Of a stretch of 64,000 bases of DNA, positions 29,975 through 38,055 are shown piece after piece; position 1 is the stretch's first letter, and the number at the start of each line of letters is the position of its first letter. Source of the DNA: Patescibacteria group bacterium (lineage in GTDB: Bacteria; Patescibacteriota; UBA1384; XYA2-FULL-43-10; 1-14-0-10-43-13); the NCBI GenBank assembly GCA_041666325.1, contig JBAYHC010000001.1:393708-457707 (forward strand), written 5' to 3'. The notes beneath the pieces are model-generated. The model made no database searches and was not told the origin of the DNA. It saw nothing but the letters and a program-made list of their open reading frames with translations. A program made the position numbers and the translations under genes.

Positions 29975-30583
29975 TTACACTTGCTTGCTTGCGGTTCTCA
30001 AAGATTCTATCCTCTTCCCTAGTTTAAACTTGATTAGCAGAACACCAGTTAAATCGTAGAAGAAAATGTACAAAGGAAATGCAAAGTAGGCAAAAGACCA
30101 GTTTTTGAGCGACAGCATCGCCAGAGTAACACTGATAAATGAGGACATGAATTCTATCCAGTTCTCTGATTCTGGATATCTGTAGGCTTTCTTTAAGGTG
30201 GGTATGCCAGCCATGAGATCAGAAAAGATACTGAACATGATTGCAACATTTCCAATGCTGGTTAAACGCCAGAGAATTAAACCGATCACAGATAGTGCCC
30301 CGCACAGTAAGTCAAACTTGGTAATTTTCCAGAATGCTTTTTTATTTACAAAGGAAGCAAAGAATACTAGCAAGGGAACAAAACCAACCATAAATGTGGC
30401 GAGTGATTGGATACCGACACCCTGGCTGATCTCAGCAGAAAAAGCAACAAGAACACCAATGCCCCACAGTCCCCAGCTGACTCTGTTGGGCTGTATTTTA
30501 CCCTGGATCGTGTCTTTGATGTAGCTTGCCCCACCCAATAAGTTGATTAGGGCTCCAAGATAAACAAAGTTCTCACTAATCAT
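29975..30583 (-). CDS. Multi-pass membrane protein (PQ-loop-like)
   Basis: YIKDTIQGKIQPNRVSW and IPTLKKAYRYPESE; about 7 TM. Confidence 0.7.
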   Translation of the reverse strand: MISENFVYLGALINLLGGASYIKDTIQGKIQPNRVSWGLWGIGVLVAFSAEISQGVGIQSLATFMVGFVPLLVFFASFVNKKAFWKITKFDLLCGALSVIGLILWRLTSIGNVAIMFSIFSDLMAGIPTLKKAYRYPESENWIEFMSSFISVTLAMLSLKNWSFAYFAFPLYIFFYDLTGVLLIKFKLGKRIESLRTASKQV

Positions 30584-30666
30584 TGATTCACTCCCACCCG
30601 TCTAATATCTGCTCATTTACAAGCATGTCCTTCTCCTTCAGAGAAAAAGCTATCTTCATGGTTAAA

Positions 30667-30720
30667 ACAATATTCCCAAATTACTTAATCTGCAATGGAT
30701 TGATTTCGCTGTAACCGCCC
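30667..30720 (-). promoter_or_regulatory. Sigma70-type promoter, duplicated copy 2
   Basis: TTGCAG-17-TATTGT-7-ATG(30659), opening only a 23-codon ORF before the 30583 gene. Confidence 0.55.
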
Positions 30721-30732
30721 ACACGGCCCTCC

Positions 30733-30952
30733 CATTCGACTCCTCCGCCAGCTGGTGGATTCGCTCAGGGTAGGCCCTTCAAAAGGAGGGGGCATTGCCG
30801 CATAGATTCACGGCTTGACCGGGAAGAACAGGAAGGAGTGTTTCGTCTCGTAAACGGTGGGATCTCTCGCCTTGATTCATTCCGCCCAACGGAAGGTCCC
30901 TCGGCAAGCTCGGGATGGCTTCGCCAGTTCACCTCAATGGCTCGAAATGACA
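30733..30952. repeat. Mosaic of nested palindromic elements
   Basis: ttcgact[cctccgccagctggtggat]tcgctcaggg, cccttcaaaaggagggg, ccctcggcaagctcggga, ctcgaaatgaca. Confidence 0.6.
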
Positions 30953-30985
30953 TCATAAATAGAAAATAAATTCTGCTGGTCCTAG

Positions 30986-31492
30986 CTATTTCTTTTTTAC
31001 GAGATAGCGAATAATTGTTTTGGCTTTGGGGCCGGGTTTGGTGAGGTATTCTTCCTCGTGCTGACCGGCGATTTCGTAGCCGGAGGCGGTGATGAAGTCA
31101 TGGAGGGCTTGGATCGTTGGGCCTTCGTCGGCGTAGGTGCCGATATAGAGAACTTCGGCGCATTCGCCGCCCCTCCAGACATCAACCTTTGCCAAAATTT
31201 TGGGATCTTTTTGGGTGATGTCTTTTTCGGTCACATAGTCAGGAACGGGCACTCCCCAAATGCCGGTCCATTCACTTTTGGATTTGAGGTGGGCGTCAGG
31301 CCAGAAGGCAGTGAGTTTCCCAAGCTCCATTTTAATGCCTTTTGGTTTGTAGACCTTCATTTTGGCATAGTAAACCGCGCCGTAGAGCGCTTTCATGTAC
31401 GGCTCCATCACGACATTCGGGTCTCCCACTGAGGTTACCGTTACCACTTTCCGATCCTCAATTTTGGAAATCTGGGGTGTAAATGGCTTCAT
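30986..31492 (-). CDS. GyrI-like small-molecule-binding domain protein
   Basis: GDPN, ALYG, YIGTYADEGPTIQALHDFI, HEEEYL, KTIIRY; GGAGG RBS. Confidence 0.85.
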   Translation of the reverse strand: MKPFTPQISKIEDRKVVTVTSVGDPNVVMEPYMKALYGAVYYAKMKVYKPKGIKMELGKLTAFWPDAHLKSKSEWTGIWGVPVPDYVTEKDITQKDPKILAKVDVWRGGECAEVLYIGTYADEGPTIQALHDFITASGYEIAGQHEEEYLTKPGPKAKTIIRYLVKKK

Positions 31493-31563
31493 ATTCCTCC
31501 ACTTAATTACATAGGCCACTTAAGCGCCTCTCTTTTCAATTTTGAGACAGGCACTGTGTTCGT

Positions 31564-31585
31564 CTGTCACAATTCTGTCACAATT
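31564..31585. promoter_or_regulatory. 11-bp tandem direct repeat (OmpR/PhoB-box-like) between divergent promoters
   Basis: ctgtcacaatt twice in tandem. Confidence 0.45.
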
Positions 31586-31651
31586 TTATTCCCAAATTTT
31601 TCGCTATACAAGATTCGCTCCATAGCTCTAAGTTTATGCTATACTACTAAT

Positions 31652-32890
31652 ATGAAAAAGAGGGGCATATTGCCTATTTTTATTGCACTGATTGTTGTCG
31701 GTGTTATTGGTGTTGGCGGTGGCAGTTATGCCGGGGCGCAGTATTACCAGTCGGATAAATATCAGAAACAAGCTGATAATTTGCTCAGCAATGGCCAATA
31801 CGATGAAGCGCTTGTACTCTATCAAAAATCCCTCTCCAAATGGAATCGAGATGAGACGAGGGCAAAACAAGATTTTGCCCGCCAGGAAAAAGAGGCAGCA
31901 AAGTTAATTGCAGGGATAAAGGAGAACTCAAACCAAGTTGACGGCCAGAGCTGTTTAGATCGCCTAAAAAGTATTACCCCGTCATCACGTCAGTATTCAG
32001 AGGCAGAGATACTGGCCAGAAATTGCCAGGCAAAATTAGAAGAAGACCAAAAAAAAGAAGCTCAAGTAGCCAAGCAAGCCGAGGAAGAAGCAGCCAAGAA
32101 GGCAGAAGAGGCTAGATTGGCCGAGGAGGCGAAGAAAAAACAAACAACGGCCTCCACTCCAACAACATCTGCCCCAACAACGTCTACTCCATCAACCAAC
32201 CAATCTACCGCCCAAGAGTCTGCTACCCCAGCCACTCCAACCGAAAGCGCTCCTGTTGCATCAACAACCCAAACTACCGACCCTAATGCTTGCACCAGTA
32301 ACCCCAATCCGGTATTTACCCACCACCTCACCGATACCAGCAAAATCGTCGATATTGCTATTCCTCCCCGAATTATTGGCGGCCATTTGAAAACTCATAG
32401 TTACGTCGAGACAAATTTTCAAAGAGTACCACTCTACGCTCCGGCCGACATGCAGCTCTATGGCGGAGTCCACCTGTCTCACGGTAGCGATCCCGATGAT
32501 TACGGCTTTGATTCCAAGGTCAGCTGCGAGGTAATGGTCCGTCTGGGCCATATTACCGACCCAATTCAATCGATCAAAGATACTTTCCCGACTGCGACAA
32601 CAGATTCGAGAACCAACTATAATATTACGCCGATCAACTTTAAAGCCGGGGAGCTGCTCGGCTACACCACCGGAACAGCCGCGGCCGGCAACTGGGATTT
32701 TGGTCTCTACAATTCCAGCACAAAAAATCGCTATGCCGATGATCCGGAGTGGGATGATAGTTCGATCTATACTACTGCCGTTTGCCCCTATGATTATTTT
32801 TCAACAGAACTAAAATCAGCCTATAGTGCAAAATACATCCAGGACTTCGGTGTCAGCGTCCTGGATGGTGCCTTCTTCTGCCAACAGTGA
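31652..32890 (+). CDS. Membrane-anchored TPR-like/coiled-coil plus degenerate M23-like protein, paralog D
   Basis: TGCTATACT-6-ATG; CTSNPNPVFT, LYAPADM, LGHI, FKAGELLGYT, WDFG, AVCPYDYF. Confidence 0.7.
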   Translation: MKKRGILPIFIALIVVGVIGVGGGSYAGAQYYQSDKYQKQADNLLSNGQYDEALVLYQKSLSKWNRDETRAKQDFARQEKEAAKLIAGIKENSNQVDGQSCLDRLKSITPSSRQYSEAEILARNCQAKLEEDQKKEAQVAKQAEEEAAKKAEEARLAEEAKKKQTTASTPTTSAPTTSTPSTNQSTAQESATPATPTESAPVASTTQTTDPNACTSNPNPVFTHHLTDTSKIVDIAIPPRIIGGHLKTHSYVETNFQRVPLYAPADMQLYGGVHLSHGSDPDDYGFDSKVSCEVMVRLGHITDPIQSIKDTFPTATTDSRTNYNITPINFKAGELLGYTTGTAAAGNWDFGLYNSSTKNRYADDPEWDDSSIYTTAVCPYDYFSTELKSAYSAKYIQDFGVSVLDGAFFCQQ

Positions 32891-32943
32891 ACAGCTCTTT
32901 GCTCGTTTCTAATCCAACCCTAACAGTGCACTTGACACTAAGA

Positions 32944-34359
32944 TCACTCATATCTCAGTGCCTCGACCGGATCTAGTTTGGCGGCACGGATGGCCGGATA
33001 GATGCCAGCCATCATACCGATGAATGTTGTAAAAGCGAGAGTACTAAGTATCAGCCAGGTTGGGAAGGTTAGGGAAATATCATTGGTGATGCCTGCCCTC
33101 GGCAGATAGATAGCCAAATAATGGTTAGCAACTTGCGCCAAACCGTAACAGAGAAACAAACCGAAAACTCCACCCCAGAAGCCAATCATCGCTGCCTCAA
33201 AAGTGAAGAGCCGTCGGATGGTTGCTCGCGTCGCGCCACACGCTCGCATTACTCCGATTTCATATGTGCGCTCATACATAGACATCACCATAGTGTTGAC
33301 GATGCCGATACCGGCAACAAAGAGGGCGATGCCGCCGATAATAGAAAGCATTATCGATAGACCAGTCAGCATCTCCATGAGATCAGCCAGGGCATCTTTT
33401 GAGGTAGTGGTACCATAACCCATCTTTTCGATCTTGTCCGCGATACCGGCCACACTGTCTGGCGTATCAGCCTTCACTAGGATAGAACTATAACCATTGT
33501 CAATGATACGGTTAGAGGTTTTGAGATACATTGGCGGATTCATCTTCGATGAGTCGAGCCCAGACATCTGTCTCCTCTTTTGCTCTGCCTCGTCATACTC
33601 CCAACGTTGATCCACCGAAAGTTCCTTGGCAAAATCAAGGGTTATGAAGTTTTGCCCGTCAATCGATGGCGAGCTAGCCACCCCAACAATCTCAACCTCA
33701 AATTCGATAATCTTATTTTGCAGCTCATCTTGATCTTTTTTGGCATTACTGAAATCTGGTTTGGGAACTTCTGCGCCCCAACCAGAATACCAACCCTGAG
33801 TCATGATAACTAATTTTTTACCGACAAGCTCCTTCGGCTTCTCGGTATAACCAAAGTATTTGACGGCTTCCATTCCGAGAACAACACTACCGATATCATC
33901 TTTTTTGAGTTCTCGTCCGGCAATTATTGGGATCTTAATCGTTTTTGTTCCGGCCTCTAGACCGGTGAACATCGACCAGCGCCGCTTGGTCTCACCCTTA
34001 ATGTACATTTTGTTAAAATTAACTGTTGCACTAGGACTAACATCGGTCACATTCGCCATCCGCTTAAACTCTGCGACCGTCTTATCGTCAAGTTTTTTGC
34101 ATTCTTCGGTGCAGCCACTCTCAGTAAAGAACCCTTGTCTTGAGTCTAACAGAGTAGCGCTGGGCGAAACAGTGACAAGAGAAAGGCCGCCCATCTTCTC
34201 GAGCTGTTCTCTAAAGGCTTTCTTTGCATTCGCAGCAAGAGACGCAATCAGAATAATAACAACGGCGCCGATAACTATTGAGATAATAGTCAAAATCGAC
34301 CGCGTCTTCTGCCGCCACAAATTCTTAAAAGCCGTTTTTATGTAGTCAGATGATCTCAT
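32944..34359 (-). CDS. MacB/FtsX-type ABC permease
   Basis: ERTYEIGVMRACGA, PAIRAAKLDPVEALRYE. Confidence 0.9.
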   Translation of the reverse strand: MRSSDYIKTAFKNLWRQKTRSILTIISIVIGAVVIILIASLAANAKKAFREQLEKMGGLSLVTVSPSATLLDSRQGFFTESGCTEECKKLDDKTVAEFKRMANVTDVSPSATVNFNKMYIKGETKRRWSMFTGLEAGTKTIKIPIIAGRELKKDDIGSVVLGMEAVKYFGYTEKPKELVGKKLVIMTQGWYSGWGAEVPKPDFSNAKKDQDELQNKIIEFEVEIVGVASSPSIDGQNFITLDFAKELSVDQRWEYDEAEQKRRQMSGLDSSKMNPPMYLKTSNRIIDNGYSSILVKADTPDSVAGIADKIEKMGYGTTTSKDALADLMEMLTGLSIMLSIIGGIALFVAGIGIVNTMVMSMYERTYEIGVMRACGATRATIRRLFTFEAAMIGFWGGVFGLFLCYGLAQVANHYLAIYLPRAGITNDISLTFPTWLILSTLAFTTFIGMMAGIYPAIRAAKLDPVEALRYE

Positions 34360-34374
34360 AAATACTCAGGTAGA

Positions 34375-35817
34375 TTATTGCTGTTTCAGCGCCTCCACCG
34401 GATTAAGCCTTGCAGCCTTAAGTGCCGGATAAAGACCGGCGAATAAGCCAATGGTGGTAGTAAAACCAATAACACCAAAGACCAGCCAATAGGGAAAATA
34501 GACGAATGTCTGAATCGGGATACTGGCCAACCCACCAAACTTTTCTGCTGCCCAGTCTCCAATCAATGCCAAAATATAGGTTATTAACAAGCCCAAAGAG
34601 CCGCCCAACAGCCCAATTGTGGCTGCCTCAAAAGTAAAGAGCCGTCGCACAGTCGCTCTGGTCGCGCCACAAGCTCTCATCACCCCGATCTCCCGCCGCC
34701 GCTCAAAGATGGCCATCGCCATAGTGTTGATAATACCGATCGCCGCAACAATCAGCGATACACCACCAATTGCAGCTAAGATATTGGTTAAGATTTTGAT
34801 CAGCCGCAAAATTTCATCAATCATCTCCTTGGCTGTGCTGGCACCGTAACCCAACTTCTTGACTTCGGCTGCAACTGCATCGGTATTTTTGGAGTCATCT
34901 ACCTTGATAACGACAGCGTTATAACCGCTCTTTGCAAGTTCGTCGATCGTGACCAGTTCGTAGAAATCAGGTTTTCCTCCGGAAGAGCTCTTGCTGCCGC
35001 CAAAATTGGATCTTTGCTGTTCCTCCCAAGCCCGACTTTTCTCTTCATTTTGCCGCCACTCCCGCCTGGTTTGCACTGCTCTTCCCCACTCCATGTTGGT
35101 ATAATTTTGCCAGTCATCGCCAGAAGGGGTAGCCACACCGACAATTTCAACCTCTATCTGATGTTTTTGTTGTTCTTGATCTTTGAACCATTTCTCGCTA
35201 TCGCCGTTTTGTGGTGGCTTGGGCACATCCGCACCCCAACCCGAATACCAGCCCTTTGCGCTAAGCAGCACTTTTTTGCCAACAATTTCCTCCGGTTTAT
35301 CATTATAGCCAAGTGCTTTTAAGTTGCCACTCCCGATTACAATTTTGCCCATATCATTTTTATTGACCGGCCGGCCGACAGAAACATCAATAGTATAGGC
35401 CTGTGTCTCCGTATCCAAAGCAAGCAGACCGGCCCGGATTTTCTTGCCACTGCCTTCTTTGAGTTGCATGCTTTCAAACCAGAGACTCGCGGTTGGTGTA
35501 GCATCAACAACATGCTTGATCTTCTTGACTGCCGCAATTGTCGTGTCGTCAACTTTCTTGCCGCCAGTTGTGTCTCCTCCGCCGGCATTAATCATGCCGC
35601 CCGTCTCATCGTCCTGATTCGGAGCAAGAGTAACCATATTCAAAATACCGAGATTGTTAATCATCTCCTTAAAGCTTAAGCCGACATTCTGGCCAATTGA
35701 GACAAGCGTCGTGACTGCAATAGCACCAATAACAACAGCAGAAACAGTCAAAAAAGTTCGGAGTTTTCGCCGAGTCAGATTACGAAAAGCTAATTTGATG
35801 TAGTCAAGAAATTTCAT
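34375..35817 (-). CDS. MacB/FtsX-type ABC permease (tandem paralog)
   Basis: ERRREIGVMRACGA; shares GWYSGWGA.VPKP with the adjacent permease. Confidence 0.9.
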   Translation of the reverse strand: MKFLDYIKLAFRNLTRRKLRTFLTVSAVVIGAIAVTTLVSIGQNVGLSFKEMINNLGILNMVTLAPNQDDETGGMINAGGGDTTGGKKVDDTTIAAVKKIKHVVDATPTASLWFESMQLKEGSGKKIRAGLLALDTETQAYTIDVSVGRPVNKNDMGKIVIGSGNLKALGYNDKPEEIVGKKVLLSAKGWYSGWGADVPKPPQNGDSEKWFKDQEQQKHQIEVEIVGVATPSGDDWQNYTNMEWGRAVQTRREWRQNEEKSRAWEEQQRSNFGGSKSSSGGKPDFYELVTIDELAKSGYNAVVIKVDDSKNTDAVAAEVKKLGYGASTAKEMIDEILRLIKILTNILAAIGGVSLIVAAIGIINTMAMAIFERRREIGVMRACGATRATVRRLFTFEAATIGLLGGSLGLLITYILALIGDWAAEKFGGLASIPIQTFVYFPYWLVFGVIGFTTTIGLFAGLYPALKAARLNPVEALKQQ

Positions 35818-35820
35818 GGT

Positions 35821-35893
35821 TTCGTATTTGGGGGTTAGTATTTCGTATTTAGTACCGAAAGGAACCAGCTCCCAAATACCAATCCCGGAATAC
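35821..35893. repeat. Heptamer-periodic inverted-repeat element, copy 1
   Basis: tatttcg/tatttag units; 20 nt (35834..35853) identical to 55691..55710. Confidence 0.6.
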
Positions 35894-36555
35894 TAGCTTA
35901 TCTTTCCATCTTGGATTTTGATCACTCGATCAGCTTCTTTCGCAACATCGGGATCGTGCGTGATAACAACCAAGGTAATGCCACCACTCTTGTTGAGCTC
36001 TTTCAGTAAAGCCACAATCTCCTGGCCGCGCTTGGAATCAAGGTTGCCGGTCGGCTCATCAGCGATAATGATCTTTGGATTATTGGCCAAAGCCCGGGCA
36101 ACACAGACCCGTTGGCGCTGGCCACCCGAGAGCTGATCGGGCCGATGGTTCATTCGGTCTTCGAGACCAACTGCTTTTAGACAAGCTATGGCCCGTTCCT
36201 TCCTGGCTCCACCGCTAACCTTGGCGAAGACTAACGGAATCATGACGTTTTCCAGGGCAGTATAGCCAGTCTGAAGATTGAAGGACTGAAAAATAAAACC
36301 TATTTTTTTATTACGATAGAAGGACAAGGCTTTATCACCAGCTTGAGAGATATCCTCGCTATCCACCAGGACCTTGCCGGCATCCGGTTCATCCAAGCCG
36401 CCGATAATATTAGCCAGGGTTGATTTGCCTGATCCGGAAGGCCCCATGATTGCCACAAAATCACCATCTTTGATGGTTAGATCAACATTATTAAGAGCAT
36501 ATATTTCTTCCCCACCCAATTTGTAAGCTTTGGTCACACCCTTGAGTTCGATCAT
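35893..36555 (-). CDS. ABC transporter ATP-binding protein (LolD/MacB type)
   Basis: GPSGSGKST, LSGGQRQR, ADEPTGNLD. Confidence 0.95.
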   Translation of the reverse strand: MIELKGVTKAYKLGGEEIYALNNVDLTIKDGDFVAIMGPSGSGKSTLANIIGGLDEPDAGKVLVDSEDISQAGDKALSFYRNKKIGFIFQSFNLQTGYTALENVMIPLVFAKVSGGARKERAIACLKAVGLEDRMNHRPDQLSGGQRQRVCVARALANNPKIIIADEPTGNLDSKRGQEIVALLKELNKSGGITLVVITHDPDVAKEADRVIKIQDGKIS

Positions 36556-36683
36556 CTCCCCCCTCTCTTATCTGTGGCAGCACTAGTATTATTCTGAATT
36601 AGTTATCATTCTATTACCATCCAGCCAAGTTGTCCAGCAGGAAGTAGGGAAAAAATTTTAACGCGACTTATCTTTTCCAAACC

Positions 36684-36989
36684 TCGGCCGGGCGAGCCGA
36701 CTTTAATACCACCAATCGGATTAACTTGCCGGATGTTCTCCAGACCAGTGAATCCGACAGTAAAACAGACTTGGGGTTGCTTTCACAATTTTGACTCCCG
36801 TCCTTCTCGAAGAGATTGGCAATCGTTTTTTTGTTGTCATTGGTCTAACTATTCTGCCGACCAGGACGAAATTTACCGATGGCCAAAACAATCAGGGCAA
36901 GCAAAACAACAACTACAGTGGTCATAATTAGGACCTTCGGCCATTTAGATTTTCTTTCACTTTCTTGTTCTGGATTCTTCTTATCTCAT
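36684..36989 (-). pseudogene. Frameshifted, truncated copy of M23-like paralog B
   Basis: Across frames it reads DKKNPEQ..KWPKVLIMTTVVVVLLALIVLAIGK, a stop, then CESNPKSV and GFTGLENIRQVNPIGGIKVGSPGR; paralog B has CESNPKPVFTSGFTDLENIKQVNPIGGIMVGSPGR. Confidence 0.8.
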
Positions 36990-38017
36990 CTCTCGCCGCC
37001 ACTACCATTTCCTCCACCGGTGCCGGTGCCGGTGCCGGAGCCAGAGTTAGTCGAGCTTGAAGTGCTCGTCGAAGTAGAGGTACTCGTTGAAGTGGTTGAA
37101 TTTGAGGTTGATGGAATTGAGCTCGAACTCGTCGTCGCCGGAGTTGCGCCGGCGCAATAATCGCTCATTGATCCCGGAGAGGTGGCCGGCAAAGCTTTTA
37201 CCGTGGTCGTATCGCCGGTTGCAAGATAATCGATCCAGCAGATACCATGCCACGCCAGATCTTTGTCATCACTGTGAGCCGCCTGGTAAGTTGCACCTTT
37301 GGACGCCTCGTTGGCTTGGCGCAGGTCGTAGACGCCATAATCAAAGAAAGCGTTGCCCTCGCCAAGTAAACCGACAGCTGTGGCAATGGTATCGCCAACC
37401 TTAACTTTGACTACTGAGTTTATCTGGGTAGTGCGGGAATCCATCTCTTGCGCCGCCGGGAACTGCTCAGCTAAAGCCGCAAAGGTTGGTGATAACGTCC
37501 TTAAGTGCCCTAGACGATATTTGATACCGCAAGAATTAACAAAATCAAAGGTATACTGGATCTCGCCGCCGACTAAGTAGCGACTCCCATCAATAACAGT
37601 CGCATCCAGCGGCGCCGTCACAGTTTGCGCATTTGAGCCATCAGCAAAGCGAAAACCGCCGTGAGGCTTGTAATTGTCCCCACGGTATTGTCCGGGATAA
37701 AGAATGGAAACAGCTTTGGAAACATCGGCTGGCGCTGGTAAAACCAGCGGCGAAGAGCAAGCCGGCGCCGTACCGCTAGCCCGATAGGTGCCATCATTAT
37801 CCATCACCCAACGTACATCTGACGAAGAACCGGATTTGCTGCTCGAACTCTTCTCCGTAACTGGCGTGTTCTCCTTGGCCACATCGGACTTTCCGGCAAA
37901 AGCAAAATACCCGCCCGCTCCAATCACGATAACAAGAATAATGATAATAATCGGCCCTAATTTACCCTTTTGCGGCTTATCTGTTCCTTGACCGACTTTC
38001 TGTTCTTCTGTCTCCAT
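36986..38017 (-). CDS. Membrane-anchored degenerate M23-like protein with Ser/Thr/Gly tail, paralog E
   Basis: YKPHGGFRF, TAPLDATV, LGHL, VKVGDTI, FDYG, ICWIDYL. Confidence 0.7.
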   Translation of the reverse strand: METEEQKVGQGTDKPQKGKLGPIIIIILVIVIGAGGYFAFAGKSDVAKENTPVTEKSSSSKSGSSSDVRWVMDNDGTYRASGTAPACSSPLVLPAPADVSKAVSILYPGQYRGDNYKPHGGFRFADGSNAQTVTAPLDATVIDGSRYLVGGEIQYTFDFVNSCGIKYRLGHLRTLSPTFAALAEQFPAAQEMDSRTTQINSVVKVKVGDTIATAVGLLGEGNAFFDYGVYDLRQANEASKGATYQAAHSDDKDLAWHGICWIDYLATGDTTTVKALPATSPGSMSDYCAGATPATTSSSSIPSTSNSTTSTSTSTSTSTSSSTNSGSGTGTGTGGGNGSGGER

Positions 38018-38055
38018 ATCAGGCCCTCCTAAACAAATCATCTAGCTAAAAGTCT

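Noticed and set aside
30765-30956. 63-aa ORF containing HPELAEG
   Set aside because: Translation of palindromic repeat DNA, not a credible gene.
37000-37140. Ser/Thr/Gly codon repeats (ccggtg)n as a contingency locus
   Set aside because: Short in-frame low-complexity linker coding; no evidence of phase variation.
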